64,000 bases of DNA from Candidatus Poribacteria bacterium (GTDB lineage Bacteria > Poribacteria > WGA-4E > WGA-3G): positions 47,132 to 111,131 of the forward strand of contig CBDHDL010000021.1 in NCBI GenBank assembly GCA_965261435.1, read 5' to 3'. Shown here one piece after another: positions 1 to 12,100 of the stretch. A program made the translations under genes and the position numbers. Within the stretch, counting starts at the first letter, position 1; every line of letters starts with the position of its first letter. Under the pieces are notes generated by a model that made no database searches, was not told the DNA's origin, and worked only from the letters and a program-made list of their open reading frames with translations.

Positions 1-415
1 CGCCTCCTGTTGACGCAACAAAACTCCCCCCTAATCCCCGCTGTTCAGCCCCAAGCGACTGTTTTAGGAATCTGTCAGCATCTGCAGTTGAGTTCACCTC
101 AGTAGCATTTCCAATTGAGGGGAAATGATAGAGAAAGAGATAGAATGAACAAACAGAAAGCAATAGAAGAATATTACGTGAAGATATGATCCTATTCTTT
201 ATTTGTCTCACGCTTTTTTCCATTTTTCATGATAGTTGTGGATACAAGTTTTATTTAAGACATACATAAAACTCAAAAGAGAGAAAGAAGAGTATAAACA
301 CATAATTACGTTACAAGTAGTTCTTTATTTGTAGAATTTAACAAATTAAAAACCCAGACCGACTGCTAAGTGAGTCCTTGACTGCACACTTGATGCTTGC
401 ATAAATGCTGTTTTC

Positions 416-820
416 TTACATTCCTAATACTGAAGTAGTTAGAATTACCTGTGCAACTGCATAATCCACAGCGTGAGACAAACTGACGTAAGTTGAAACA
501 ACACTAAGCTGTTCTGCATACTCTTTCACTTTACCGTGTAACTCAAGGAATGGTTTTCCTACGTCATTAGCGTAAATTTCTACATCCTTCCATTGCATCC
601 CAATCGTCAATCCTGTTCCGAGTGCTTTGAACGTTGCTTCCTTCGCAGCAAACCGTGCTGCAAGTCTTGGATATCGGGACAATGTGTTACCACAATAAGT
701 CAATTCCTGTGATGTAAAGACGCGTTGCTCAAACCGATCTCCCCACCGTTGTGAAAGGTGTCTTATCCGTCCTATTTCAATGATATCTATGCCAATTCCC
801 TGAATTTTTTCTTGGATCAT
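416..820 (-). CDS. acpS: holo-[acyl-carrier-protein] synthase (4'-phosphopantetheinyl transferase)
   Basis: GIGIDIIEI N-terminal motif and an AcpS-like ~134-aa layout. The second Met was chosen because its ATG overlaps the folP stop (ATGA). Confidence 0.85.
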   Translation of the reverse strand: MIQEKIQGIGIDIIEIGRIRHLSQRWGDRFEQRVFTSQELTYCGNTLSRYPRLAARFAAKEATFKALGTGLTIGMQWKDVEIYANDVGKPFLELHGKVKEYAEQLSVVSTYVSLSHAVDYAVAQVILTTSVLGM

Positions 821-1671
821 CAGTTTATTGGAACACACTCTGTTGACCGATAAAGGAAGTCAGTCATCTTAACTGCTCTTGAAACAGCTTTAACATCATG
901 TACACGTACAATATCTGCCCCAAATACTATTGACCAGCACACTGTTGCAATCGTACCTTCAACTCTTTCAGTAATATGCAGATCTAACAACTTACCAATA
1001 AACGACTTGCGCGAAGTACCGATTAGTATTGGTTTCTTTAGTTGCTTAAATACATCAAGTTTCTTCAGTATTTGAAGATTCTGTTCAATAGTTTTTCCAA
1101 AACCGATGCCAGGATCTACAATTATTCGTTTAGGTTCAATGCCTTTATGTATAGCATTTTCAATCCAGTTTTCTAAACTACAGTAAATCTCTTTGACAAC
1201 GTCTTTATAATTGGGTGAATTTTGCATAGTGCGCGGTCTTCCCTTCATGTGCATGAGGACAACACCTGCTCCCGTTTCCGAGGCAACATCCCCCATCTCC
1301 CCGTCGCTGCTAAGTGCAGTGATGTCGTTAATTATGTGTGCTCCAGCTTCCAATGCTTGCTTTGCTACAACTGCTTTAGTTGTATCAATAGAGATAGGAA
1401 CGTCCAGTTGCTCAGACTTGAGGGCTCGGATAACTGGTAACACTCGATTTAATTCGACCTCAGTTGTTACTGGTTCTGCCCCAGGACGAGAGGACTCACC
1501 CCCAATATCAAGTATCGTTGCACCATCCGCTACCATATTCTTAGCATGTGCTACAGCGGCATTTACATCAAGATATACACCACCATCTGAAAAGGAATCG
1601 GGTGTAACATTTAATACCCCCATAATGTGGGTTGTTTCACCAAATGTAAGTTCAATACCTCGGCAGTTCAT
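820..1671 (-). CDS. folP: dihydropteroate synthase
   Basis: [14 protein letters not shown] pterin-binding motif, 283 aa. The start overlaps the ftsH stop by 4 nt. Confidence 0.9.
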   Translation of the reverse strand: MNCRGIELTFGETTHIMGVLNVTPDSFSDGGVYLDVNAAVAHAKNMVADGATILDIGGESSRPGAEPVTTEVELNRVLPVIRALKSEQLDVPISIDTTKAVVAKQALEAGAHIINDITALSSDGEMGDVASETGAGVVLMHMKGRPRTMQNSPNYKDVVKEIYCSLENWIENAIHKGIEPKRIIVDPGIGFGKTIEQNLQILKKLDVFKQLKKPILIGTSRKSFIGKLLDLHITERVEGTIATVCWSIVFGADIVRVHDVKAVSRAVKMTDFLYRSTECVPIN

Positions 1672-3587
1672 GTGAGGGGTTTAGTTGGCAATTGGGGCCG
1701 GGGTCCGAGGATTTCTTCAATCTCTTCGGTAATAAGTGTTTCGCGTTCTAATAAAGCATCTGCGAGTAGTTTTAGTCCATCAAGGTTTGTCTCTATGATC
1801 TCTTTCGCTTTTTCGTAACATTCCATAACAATGTCGTAAACTGCTTTATCAATTGCGATGGCAGTCTCTTCACTGTAATCTTGATGAACCGCAAGCTCTT
1901 TACCAAGGAAGATCTGTTCATCTCTTCTGCCGAATGTCAACGGTCCCAAAGGACTCATCCCCCATTGTGTGACCATGCGTCGTGCAAGATGTGTTGCTTG
2001 TTCAAAGTCATTCTGTGCACCGGTCGTCTGTTCCCCAAAGATTATCTCTTCAGCAACTCTTCCGCCGAGAGCAAAAATAATATGTGCAAGTAATCTTTTC
2101 TTGTTCATATTATGTCTTTCTTCAAGTGGAAGCATAGCGGTTACTCCAAGTGCTCTTCCACGTGGTACGATCGTACATTTATAATTTGGGTCACTCTCTG
2201 GAACGAAGTGTAACATTAGAGCATGTCCAGCTTCATGAAATGCAGTGTTTCGTCTTTCTGCTTCACTGATTACCAGGCTCCGTCGTTCAGGTCCCATCAA
2301 GACGCGGTCTTTTGCTTCATCAAAGCAGCTCATATCTATATCTTCTTTATCCTGCCTGGCGGCAAGTAGTGCTGCTTCATTAGCCATATTCTTTAGGTCA
2401 GCACCAGAAAAACCTGGTGTAGCTTTTGCTAAGATCTCTAAGTTAACATCTTCAGAGAGTTTATAAGGTTCTTTTGTGTGAACACCAAGTATGGCTTGTC
2501 TGCCACGGACATCAGGTAAATCCACTATAATTTGTCTATCAAATCTTCCGGGTCGTAATAATGCGGGATCAAGGACATCCGGACGGTTTGTTGCAGCAAT
2601 TAAAATAACACCTTCGGATGCTTCAAAACCTTGCATCTCAACAAGGAGTTGATTTAGCGTTTGTTCACGTTCATCGTGTCCACCGCCAATACCCGCACCA
2701 CGATGGCGACCAACAGCATCCAGTTCGTCTATAAAAATGATACAAGGTGCGTTTTTCTTGCCATTCTCAAATAGGTCTCTAACGCGTGAAGCTCCAACAC
2801 CGACAAACATTTCAACGAAATCGGACCCGCTTATAGTAAAAAACGGCACATCCGCTTCACCAGCAACAGCTTGTGCTAACATGGTTTTCCCCGTGCCAGG
2901 AGGACCGACCAACAAAACACCTTTTGGAATTGTTCCACCTAATCTTTCAAACTTATTGGGTGCTTTGAGGAACTCAATTATTTCCTCCAATGCTTCTTTC
3001 GCTTCGTCAACCCCTGCGACATCTTCAAATGTAATTTTCTTTTCAGTTTCGGTATGCAGACGCGCGCGGCTTTTACCAAATGAAAGTGCGCGGTTCCCAC
3101 TGCCTTGCATCTGACGTGACAGGAAAATCATCAACCCCAAGAATATCAATAGAGGAACTATTGTTGTACCGAAAACCAGTAACCATTCAGAGAAATTAGA
3201 GGAAGGATCAACATTATAACTGATCCCGCTATAATCAAGTTTATCTTGTATGTTGTAATCATCATTAGCATCCCGACTTGTCTTAAAATCACCTTTCCAT
3301 TTCTTCTGTGGTAAGATTACATCTTTTTCTTTTAGTATGGCTTTAACACTCTCTATATATTCCTCGCGGAACTTACCCTCAATCGATTCGTCATCAAGCG
3401 TTAGGTAACCTTCAAAATAATTGACGAAAGTTGAATCATCAACTTTTTTTAAGAAGCTATGAAAGTCTGAAGTAGCTAACTGATGAACATGGTCACTTCG
3501 GTTGATGAGCTGATATATTGCGACAATAACAACTAACCCCAAAATAAACCACACGAGCATATTTTTTGTGTTCTTGTTCACAACCAA
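1668..3587 (-). CDS. ftsH: ATP-dependent zinc metalloprotease FtsH
   Basis: N-terminal TM segments, Walker A GPPGTGKT, Walker B IIFIDELD, zinc site HEAGHAL, 639 aa. Confidence 0.95.
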   Translation of the reverse strand: MVVNKNTKNMLVWFILGLVVIVAIYQLINRSDHVHQLATSDFHSFLKKVDDSTFVNYFEGYLTLDDESIEGKFREEYIESVKAILKEKDVILPQKKWKGDFKTSRDANDDYNIQDKLDYSGISYNVDPSSNFSEWLLVFGTTIVPLLIFLGLMIFLSRQMQGSGNRALSFGKSRARLHTETEKKITFEDVAGVDEAKEALEEIIEFLKAPNKFERLGGTIPKGVLLVGPPGTGKTMLAQAVAGEADVPFFTISGSDFVEMFVGVGASRVRDLFENGKKNAPCIIFIDELDAVGRHRGAGIGGGHDEREQTLNQLLVEMQGFEASEGVILIAATNRPDVLDPALLRPGRFDRQIIVDLPDVRGRQAILGVHTKEPYKLSEDVNLEILAKATPGFSGADLKNMANEAALLAARQDKEDIDMSCFDEAKDRVLMGPERRSLVISEAERRNTAFHEAGHALMLHFVPESDPNYKCTIVPRGRALGVTAMLPLEERHNMNKKRLLAHIIFALGGRVAEEIIFGEQTTGAQNDFEQATHLARRMVTQWGMSPLGPLTFGRRDEQIFLGKELAVHQDYSEETAIAIDKAVYDIVMECYEKAKEIIETNLDGLKLLADALLERETLITEEIEEILGPRPQLPTKPLT

Positions 3588-4158
3588 ACGCCTCGTTCTC
3601 TATATGAGATTAAATGGACTATGAAAGATACTGCAGACGATGCACATAGTAAGGAGAGATACTCAAATTTAGCATGCTCAATCATTCTTCTGTAATGATC
3701 TGCTTGTTCCAAATTTCAACTCTTACTCTTATTTCAATACATTTTGCCTAAATTATAACACACATTCTACTAAATATCAACTGAAATTGAAGTTTAAGCG
3801 TGTAAGTTATACTTGAGATCAACAAGTCCTACGGAATTGGATGTTGAATTTGGCTTACACTCATCAACTTTAGAAACAAGCATTTATAGTAAACTCTTGA
3901 ATTATTGGGATCTTATGAGATTTAGGAGGGAACCCCGATTACCACCTTTTGCGTAGCACAATCAAGGATGAATGTGCTACCTATACTTCCCTGACTATGA
4001 CAGCGTTGGGATTCGGAGATCGCAACGATGGCTAATGTGTATCGCTATTTATAGTGTTCTCTATACCTTGCTAATTTTATCTAATTCAATTTGGTGGAAG
4101 TATGCTATAATGATATTCATCCAAGACCGATATTTCACGAAGTTTTACGGAGAATAGA

Positions 4159-5196
4159 TTGTTTCAAGAAAAAGATCTAAGGGCACTACTTCAGAGTTTT
4201 CAAGACTTAAGCATTCTTGTCATAGGTGATTTCTACCTTGATGCTTATTGGCATATTGACAAAACCCGTTCTACACTATCATTGGAAACACCTTGGCACA
4301 CCAATCCCGTTGTTAAACAATGTTATAGTCCTGGTGCTGCGGGTACAGTTACAAATAATCTCAAAGCATTAGGTGTGGGTACGGTCTATGCATTAGGTGT
4401 GATTGGGCAAGATGGTTTTGGTGATAGCCTCATATCATCTCTAAATGAAAAAGGATGTGAAACAGATTATATCATAAATGCTCAGAATTGGATCACACCG
4501 ACATACGTGAAGCCAATACACCGAGGGTATGAAGATGTGGAAGATGAGGGACCGCGTTTTGACATTGAAAATCAAACGCCAATGACAGAAAATGTTGAAA
4601 GGTTGATTTTAGATAAAATAAACACTTGTATCCCACAAGTAGATGGTATTATTATTGCAGACCAAGTTGCTAAGGATAATTTAGGAGTTATCACAGATCG
4701 TGTGCGCGAATCATTATGTCTTCTTGGATTGTCACATCCCAATAAGATCATTTTTTCTGATTCACGTGCGCGTATAGGAAAATATCGGAATGTAATTATA
4801 AAGCCTAATCGTTTTGAGGCACAACGCGCCCTTGATCCAGATTGGCAGGGAAAACTTGTTGATATTGAAAGTGCAAAACATTGTGCAGTTCGTCTTTCTA
4901 ACTACACTAACGCAACAGTTTACGTGACACTTGGTTCAGAAGGCATCATCGTCTACCACAACGACCAACTTACGCACATATCTGGAATTCAGATTGACAG
5001 CAAAACTGACCCAGTCGGTGCAGGAGATAGTGTTACAGCAGGTATAGTATCCACTCTCTGTAGTATGGGAATGGACGCTGCCGTAGAAGCTGCTTATATC
5101 GGTAATTTAGTCGCTTCTATAACAGTAACTAAAATAGGAATGACAGGCGCAGCAACACCAGAAGAGGTTTTGGATAGACATCGGGGGTTAAATTGA
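4159..5196 (+). CDS. PfkB-family sugar kinase, RfaE/HldE domain-I-like (heptose-7-phosphate kinase-like)
   Basis: ILVIGDFYLDAYW start, GAAGTVTNNLKALG, and a C-terminal DPVGAGDSVTAG ribokinase-family motif. TTG start as called in the ORF track. Confidence 0.7.
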   Translation: MFQEKDLRALLQSFQDLSILVIGDFYLDAYWHIDKTRSTLSLETPWHTNPVVKQCYSPGAAGTVTNNLKALGVGTVYALGVIGQDGFGDSLISSLNEKGCETDYIINAQNWITPTYVKPIHRGYEDVEDEGPRFDIENQTPMTENVERLILDKINTCIPQVDGIIIADQVAKDNLGVITDRVRESLCLLGLSHPNKIIFSDSRARIGKYRNVIIKPNRFEAQRALDPDWQGKLVDIESAKHCAVRLSNYTNATVYVTLGSEGIIVYHNDQLTHISGIQIDSKTDPVGAGDSVTAGIVSTLCSMGMDAAVEAAYIGNLVASITVTKIGMTGAATPEEVLDRHRGLN

Positions 5197-5978
5197 AACT
5201 ATTTGAAGCAATTAAACAAAGACGCAGCCATCGCGGTCAATACGAAGATCGCCCTATTGAGGATGTTGATTTAGATTTGGTCATTGAAGCGGCAAGATGG
5301 ACACCTTCACCCTTTAACGTTCAACCATGGGAATTAGTTATCATCCAAGAAGCAGACGGTAAGGAAGTGCTTGCGGATATGACTGAACAAGCTATTGTAC
5401 AACAATTTAAAGATAAGGAATTTCTTAGAGAAAACAGTCGGTGGATGAGATCTACTGAAGAAGAATGGAAAGCATGTGAGGACGGAGTCTTGCTGACAGA
5501 CCATATAAATCTACCAAAGATGCTTCAGAATATCCCTGATAAGTTTACACATAGAGTAGTAAAAAGCATCTTAAACAGTGCCAAGCCGTTATCATTTCTG
5601 GGACATTTAGGCTTAGGTAAGATACCAGCACAAGAAATTGCAACTCAAGTACGGGAATCGCCATTGCTAATGCTAATAGCGATGAACAATCACAGACACC
5701 CACCCGGTGAAGGTGCTTCAAGATGGATGTGTTTGAGTATGGGAATGTTAATCCAGAATATACTGCTTGCTGCTACGTCCATCAACATTGGTGTTCAATT
5801 TATCAGTGCTCCATTAGAATCTGAGAAGGACCGATCAAAAATACAACAACACTTTAATATTCCGAACTATTGTGAGATTATGACGTTGCTGAGACTGGGT
5901 TATTTTAACACTGTGGAAGGAAGTTCTGTAAGACTAAGTCCTTCTAAGTTTGTTCACTATGAAAGGATTGATGAATAG
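5193..5978 (+). CDS. nitroreductase family protein
   Basis: N-terminal IKQRRSHRGQY ... ARWTPSPFNVQPWELVII pattern typical of the nitroreductase fold. The TTG start overlaps the upstream stop. Confidence 0.7.
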   Translation: MKLFEAIKQRRSHRGQYEDRPIEDVDLDLVIEAARWTPSPFNVQPWELVIIQEADGKEVLADMTEQAIVQQFKDKEFLRENSRWMRSTEEEWKACEDGVLLTDHINLPKMLQNIPDKFTHRVVKSILNSAKPLSFLGHLGLGKIPAQEIATQVRESPLLMLIAMNNHRHPPGEGASRWMCLSMGMLIQNILLAATSINIGVQFISAPLESEKDRSKIQQHFNIPNYCEIMTLLRLGYFNTVEGSSVRLSPSKFVHYERIDE

Positions 5979-5994
5979 ATGTAAGACTGTGAAA

Positions 5995-7008
5995 TTAAAT
6001 GCTTGAACTTAACTCCTGATGATATGCAAACAACGCTGGTGTACCGCCAGTATGAAGAAAGATCACAACATCGTTCGAATCAAATCTACCCTCTATGATA
6101 TGATCAATTAAGCAAGCCATTGCTTTAGAAGTGTAAACAGGATCAAGGATAATCCCTTCAGTATTTGCTACTAATTTGAGAGCTGAGACACACTCAGGCG
6201 TAAGGTATCCATAAGCATTACCGATATAATCATCCGTATTGATTATATCTTCATCACTCACCTGTGTATCAAGTTCAAGAATCCTACTTGCAGTATTGGC
6301 AGCATCACGGATTCTATCAATCTTCCCCTCCCAGTGGACAGGTGCACATGCATAAGGTTTGAGTTTCATCCCAAGTGCTTTAGTGCCGAGTACTAGTCCA
6401 GCTTGTGTACCACCAACAGATGAAGTATAGATCCAATCAGCATCAATCCCTAATTCAGCTTGCTGTTGATGAATTTCGGTGATGCACCATGAAAATGCTA
6501 CCGCTGCTAACGCAGTGGAACGCGGAGATGTGACGACGTAAGGTTTTAAACCGGATGCCTTTAGCTCTTCAGCAAGTTTGACTTTGAATTTCTCTAATTC
6601 TGGTCCAAAAGGAACATCAACGAATTCAACATCTGCCCCTGCAAGATAGTCTAATAAGACATTGCCTTGCACGACACTCTTGTGGTCCCGTGCAAGGCGC
6701 AAATAACATCCTAATCCAAGTTTACTACATGCGGCAGCTGTCTGTCTACAGTGGTTAGACTGTGATGCTGCGCCATGAACGATTGTATCAGCACCTTGAT
6801 CAACCCCCTCACCGATTGTAAACGTTAACTGACGGACCTTATTACCGCCAAATGCTAATCCAGAACAGTCCTCCCGTTTCATGAAAATACGGGGACCTCC
6901 GAGCTTTTCAGATAATCGAGGACATTCTTCTAAAGGTGTTGGAAAATGTCCAATATTAACTTGAGGGACACGTGCAATTCTTTGCAGAAGGTCTACTCTG
7001 TTAATCAC
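5995..7008 (-). CDS. PLP-dependent ACC deaminase / D-cysteine desulfhydrase family protein
   Basis: FGGNKVRQL motif around the PLP lysine, 337 aa, overall family layout. Confidence 0.8.
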   Translation of the reverse strand: MINRVDLLQRIARVPQVNIGHFPTPLEECPRLSEKLGGPRIFMKREDCSGLAFGGNKVRQLTFTIGEGVDQGADTIVHGAASQSNHCRQTAAACSKLGLGCYLRLARDHKSVVQGNVLLDYLAGADVEFVDVPFGPELEKFKVKLAEELKASGLKPYVVTSPRSTALAAVAFSWCITEIHQQQAELGIDADWIYTSSVGGTQAGLVLGTKALGMKLKPYACAPVHWEGKIDRIRDAANTASRILELDTQVSDEDIINTDDYIGNAYGYLTPECVSALKLVANTEGIILDPVYTSKAMACLIDHIIEGRFDSNDVVIFLHTGGTPALFAYHQELSSSI

Positions 7009-7011
7009 ATG

Positions 7012-8718
7012 CTACCCCGCTTGAATTACGACTGCATTTTGAACAACCCTTTTGCCATCTTTTGTCTGTAAACCTGGTGTTAAGACTTCTGCAACTGTTT
7101 CTGCCTCATACTCACAATCCCGTTTATCCTTAACATCGTGATGTTCCAATGAAATCTTCGTTTTACCCGGTTCAATCGGTATAATTTCATAGTCAACTAA
7201 ATCCAGAAACCAATTCAATCGGGTTTGAACAGAAGGAAGGTCGCTGAATTCAACTACACTTGGAAAGAGTTTGTCACGAATAAATTCAATTAGGAATTTC
7301 TTGAATACAGGTATCCTAACTTTTTCAGCATGCTTCTGATCAAGTGAAGCCAACTTTTCCGAGAACCGCTTAAGATATGTATCACAATCAGCCTGGAAGT
7401 TCATTAAATCTTGATCTGTCATTGCAGTTTTATCTGGAAAAAGTGTTGGTGCCGGTGCTTGGATGCCTCTTGTCTGTTTTAGAGTATACTTCAATTCATC
7501 CTCAATATTCTGAAGAGACTTAACAAGTTCTTCATTTATTGGTTTTCTCTTATTCGTCACCTTTTTCCATGCACCAATTTCACTCACCATAAGATTCAGC
7601 AGAAGAATTGCGGTTTCTTGTTCATTCAAGGTTTCAATGTCCCAATTGTCAAGAGAAATGCCGCATCCATTGTTATAATCAGATTCCAACTTTTCTAAAT
7701 CCGAGTGAAACTTCTTATGAAGATTTCTATGTTGGTTGATGTAATATTCCTTCTTCTTATTAGAAAATGTAAATCCGAATGTTCCAGCTAATTGACCAAA
7801 GAAACCATTTTTCCTTGAGTTTGTTTTTGATGCATTACCAGTTTGAGGTGGAATGAAGGTTGTTTGCATCTTGTTGGCACTTTTCGGTAATGAAGGCACT
7901 CTAATCTTGAACTGTAGCTCAGTACTTACACTTGGAATATACTTACCGATAATCTGCTTCCGTCGTTGAGGAATTTGTCCCTGATAATCTCCAGAATTCA
8001 ATTTTGCAGTATTGATAACTTTTTCTGTTTTTTCATTCGCAGTCTGGTTTTCAACTACTTTTCCTTGATGTGAATTACTTTCAGCATTCTTATTGTGAAT
8101 AGCATGATGATCACGTGTTTCAAAATTTTGCTGATCAATTGTAATCTCGTCCCTATTCTGTTGAATAGATTGTAAAGTGGCTGGATCAGGTTCTTCAACG
8201 CAATGATTGCTTTTCGTACTTTCAATTTCTTTAGGTACGACGTTTAAATCACTCTCAATATTTTCGGTATCCGCATCTTGTACGTCAGAGTTAACCTCTT
8301 TAGTGTCGTGATCTTCTGGTTCCACTGAATCGTGAGTGGCATCCTCCGATTCATTCTCTGACATTTGTCGTTCTTGGATCTGTTTTAATTCATCCAATAT
8401 TTTTCCAGTATAGGTAGCGATTGGTTCATGATTGTCTACGTAAAATGCCAATTTATGTGAGTGAATTACTTCTATTGGAACGACAACATCTTGAATATTT
8501 CGTGTGAGTTGAAAAGAAACCCAATTGACGCGTCCACTCAACGGTTGTTGTTGGAACATCACACGTAACCGTCTGCTATCCTCTTTATTATTCAGTACAC
8601 TCATTACAATATGGGGGCCTTTATAAGCAAAACTTACATCAATTCCTCTAAAACTTCCAGTAACACTATTTGCTGCCATTCCAAAGTCTCCTTTTAAAAT
8701 GTCTGCATTTTGCATCAT
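7012..8718 (-). CDS. hypothetical protein with a long polar/acidic linker and a GrpE-like C-terminal region
   Basis: Uninterrupted 568-aa ORF ending 3 nt before the downstream gene. The last ~90 aa resemble the GrpE beta-domain pattern (IPIEPGKT..HHDV....VAEVLTPG....RVVQNAVVIQ). The centre is low complexity. Confidence 0.6.
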   Translation of the reverse strand: MMQNADILKGDFGMAANSVTGSFRGIDVSFAYKGPHIVMSVLNNKEDSRRLRVMFQQQPLSGRVNWVSFQLTRNIQDVVVPIEVIHSHKLAFYVDNHEPIATYTGKILDELKQIQERQMSENESEDATHDSVEPEDHDTKEVNSDVQDADTENIESDLNVVPKEIESTKSNHCVEEPDPATLQSIQQNRDEITIDQQNFETRDHHAIHNKNAESNSHQGKVVENQTANEKTEKVINTAKLNSGDYQGQIPQRRKQIIGKYIPSVSTELQFKIRVPSLPKSANKMQTTFIPPQTGNASKTNSRKNGFFGQLAGTFGFTFSNKKKEYYINQHRNLHKKFHSDLEKLESDYNNGCGISLDNWDIETLNEQETAILLLNLMVSEIGAWKKVTNKRKPINEELVKSLQNIEDELKYTLKQTRGIQAPAPTLFPDKTAMTDQDLMNFQADCDTYLKRFSEKLASLDQKHAEKVRIPVFKKFLIEFIRDKLFPSVVEFSDLPSVQTRLNWFLDLVDYEIIPIEPGKTKISLEHHDVKDKRDCEYEAETVAEVLTPGLQTKDGKRVVQNAVVIQAG

Positions 8719-8769
8719 TTGTTTGTCTGTTTATACATATCATAGTCAATGCATTATACTTATATATCT

Positions 8770-8808
8770 GACCAGAACACCTATATATATATCCGACCAG
8801 AACACCTA
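8770..8808. repeat. two direct copies of GACCAGAACACCTA, 25 bp apart, upstream of the 7012..8718 gene
   Basis: Exact 14-bp repeat at 8770..8783 and 8795..8808, embedded in TATATA-rich sequence 50-90 bp upstream of the start codon. Confidence 0.6.
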
Positions 8809-9188
8809 AATTAATACTAACCTATTCAAGTAGGGGTAGAAGTAACTTTCAGACGTAAATAAACAGACAGCGTAAATATGTATCTCAAGTGTGGAAATAT
8901 CACTTTGAGTATACATTTGAAGATCTGAAAATACCTTTCACATTCCATCTTATGTATTGACTTTAACTTTAACGTCAAAAATTAATTATGGGTTACAGTC
9001 TACACAACTGAACTGTAGTTAATCTATGTGTTGGATTTTCACTGTAAAAGGACAATAGACGAAATCACACTATAGTAGATGCTTTTACCTAACTGAATTT
9101 TGCAGTAGTGGTGTCTGCCTAACAGTATTCTTACTGACTGTTTACCGATTTCTAAAATCTATTGAAATCGTATTGTGATTGGTAATGG

Positions 9189-12100
9189 TCATCGCTGCAG
9201 GTTCATTTTGCCAGTTGTGGAGAAGTCTCCAGCGTTCAACTTATAAAAATAGACACCACTTGCAACATTTTCACCCACCGTATTTTTACCATTCCAATAG
9301 GCTGTGTGTTTGCCAATTTGCTGAAATCCGTATGAATAATGTTTTATTAGCCGTCCTTGAACATCATAAATTGTCAGCGAAACTTGAGCATTTTTCGACA
9401 AAGTATACGGTATCCACGTTTCAGGATTAAACGGATTTGGATAATTCTGCAGAAGCAGATTTTGCTGAATTGATGTAGAAAGGATATGTTGAGATGTTCT
9501 ATCATGTAAGACTTCTTCAACACCAAGGTTTAATCCATCTGTTTGAATACGAAACATCTTTAACTGATTTAGATCACAGACATATAATGCCTTATCCTTT
9601 ATGGTAAAACCAGTCGGAGCTTGTAGTTGGGAATATCGTGTCAGACGCTCCATTGCACGAGTATCAATGATTTGAATGCTTTCACTATCCAACACATAAA
9701 GATGATTTCCAATAATGGCAGCATCAATTGGTAATTCCGTATCAGTATATTCAGAAATCAGTTGTGGGTGTTGAATGTCTTGTATATTTATTTGTAACAC
9801 ACCGTTTCGATTGTCCAGAATATACATGTGGTCATCATCATAAGTAACATTCGTTGCTGCACCTTGTGTAGGGAAGTGTGAAATGGGTCGTGGACGTATA
9901 GGATCAGAAATATTAAAAATATGGACACCCCCTTCAAGTGCAGCTATAAAGGCATAATCAGTGTGAAATGAAATCCTATAAGCATCTCCCTCAAGATCGC
10001 TTCGGAACACAACCCTACTCCGTTTCGGATCACTGATGTCAACGACATTAAGAGATTTTGCACACAAATATGCATATTCTCCAATTATCTCTATTTTCCA
10101 AACAGGATCTGAAGTGCTAATATGCAACACTATCTCTTGATTCATCAGATTAACAATATCCATGCCTGCATCAGTTCCTACAAAAGCATAATCCTTTTCA
10201 ACCTGAACGCACAGTGCACCATGTGAACCGGATACTATACCAATATCATGGGTAACTCTACCAGTGTAAGGATTGCTTAATTCCGCGATTTTTACGCCTC
10301 CTACTCCGTTAGCAACAGCAACAAGCGTTTTATCATCTATTGTCTGTACATCAAGATCATAGACCTTACCGTTAGCATTGTAGTTGCTTAACCAAATTGG
10401 TTTTTCACGTTCTGTAATTTCCAAGGTCTGTATCCCTCCCATTCCATCTGCAATGTATGCGTAAGTATTCTCATCTGCATTTGAATACCAAAATGCTACG
10501 TCTTGAGCATTGCCAATTGTAGCATGAGAAGATATCAGGCGCGGGGATTTTAGTCTATTGACATCCACAATATACAAACCTGATTGCTGATCTGTCAAAT
10601 ATAGCAACCCTTCATAAAATGTCACAGAGGTAGTTGTACCGGGTGTATTCAATCCAGAAATCTGTTGTGTTGCTAACGGAGAACCGATATTTATAATGCG
10701 TAAATCACGTGAAACCGTAAGGGCATAATTTCCAAAAATCTCAAAGTCAAGAGCGAGAAGTGGAATCGTTGCATCAACCAAATAACCACCAAGCGGGTCA
10801 TTTGATAAAAGGTAAAGACCTCGAGCATTATCACTCAAAAAGATAGTTCCATCTTCATTTGTTGTGATTTTGAAAGGTGTTCCCGCTGTACGAAATGTAC
10901 TACGTGGATGGGGATGTTCAATGTTTCTAATATCTTGTTGATTGAATACCAATAGTCCGCGTATTGCATCAAGCGCATATAGGTTTCCGTCTGCCACATG
11001 GACATCACGAGCATCTTGAAACCCTCCAAGTGTCTTTAGTAAACGAGGTGCAGAAAGGGACTCAGAATCTATAACATGAACACCGGATTCACCATCTGCA
11101 ACATACACAGTATTTCCCTCTATAGCTAAAGCTTGTGCATCACCAGGTGTTCCTATCTCGCCAATCCGTAACGCAGCTGGACTTAGGGAAAATATCTCCA
11201 ATCCCCATTGACTTGTTGCAAATGCATGCTTATTGTGAACAACAATAGTGTTGTATTTGCTTGAAAGGTGAATCTGAGACATCGGTTCAATTCTTGGGAA
11301 GCGGTTTGATGTGATGAGTGAGGTGGTTGATCGTTCATTTATGCTTATTGGTTGTGAATTGATCTTTTCCAGATAGTCTATAGAATTTGGAATCCTAATA
11401 GTAAAAGGTTGTTCTATTTCCGCACGTGTAATCTTCCCCAATTCCTCAATATTAGTTCCATCACCTGCTGCACCTATTTCAGCAACATAGCGGTAGTTTT
11501 GAGGCAGTTCAGAAGTCACTACTAACAATATCTGACCATTACGGCTCAGGTTGTTGATTTTTATCTCGTTAGTAGAAATCCCTCCTTCAGCGTCGTGGTT
11601 TGAAACTGATGAGAAAGGAGTTACAGTCAGAAGGTTAGAATTCGGAGAGATATATACAATATTTGCATGTAGATGTTCTAATGTACTGGCATAAAGAGAA
11701 ATATTTAGATTGTTAGGAAGACTTTGAAAAAGGTAGTAATGTAGACTCCAACTATTTATTGGTATTTCGTTTGAAGTCTTTGGATATCTTGTGGTACGAG
11801 GGGTGTGTGCAGTGACTTTCTGGGACTGTAGGTTCCGATAGTTATACTGACTCCCGCGCGACGGGTTATTAAACCAATTTGCAGTGCCCCAATTTAGAAA
11901 TACATCTACAAGGTGTTTGTTTGGGTTTAAAGTTGCGGATATAGCTGATAACCCGAGTGAGTCTTCATCTGCAAGGTTGCGAATAAAGTTAATTCCACCA
12001 TGTTTTTCATAAAGATATAGGAGCAGTAGAAATGCTCCCCCATAATAGGTGTCCGTTGTGTTTTCAGTTGTCAATGACATGCTTGGTTTTGCCAGATAGT

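Noticed and set aside
1-415. Possible gene end or ncRNA at the left window edge
   Set aside because: There is no ORF of useful length in any frame and no recognisable RNA motif. The region is AT-rich spacer downstream of acpS.
1211-3114. Plus-strand ORFs of 60 to 154 aa inside folP and ftsH (1211..1675, 1222..1440, 1881..2093, 1969..2184, 2245..2466, 2737..3114)
   Set aside because: They are antisense to strongly supported conserved genes, have low-complexity Ser/Ala/Pro-rich translations and lack RBS. These are shadow ORFs. The same reasoning applies to similar antisense ORFs inside the helicase, WD40, selA, sigma-fusion and other long genes.
3972-4157. 61-aa ORF in the ftsH / kinase divergent intergenic region
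   Set aside because: No RBS, an odd composition, and a position in a likely promoter region. I also could not recognise any ncRNA in this 570-bp spacer.
9179-9430. 83-aa plus-strand ORF at the 3' end of the large LVIVD protein gene
   Set aside because: It is antisense to the conserved C-terminal sorting domain.
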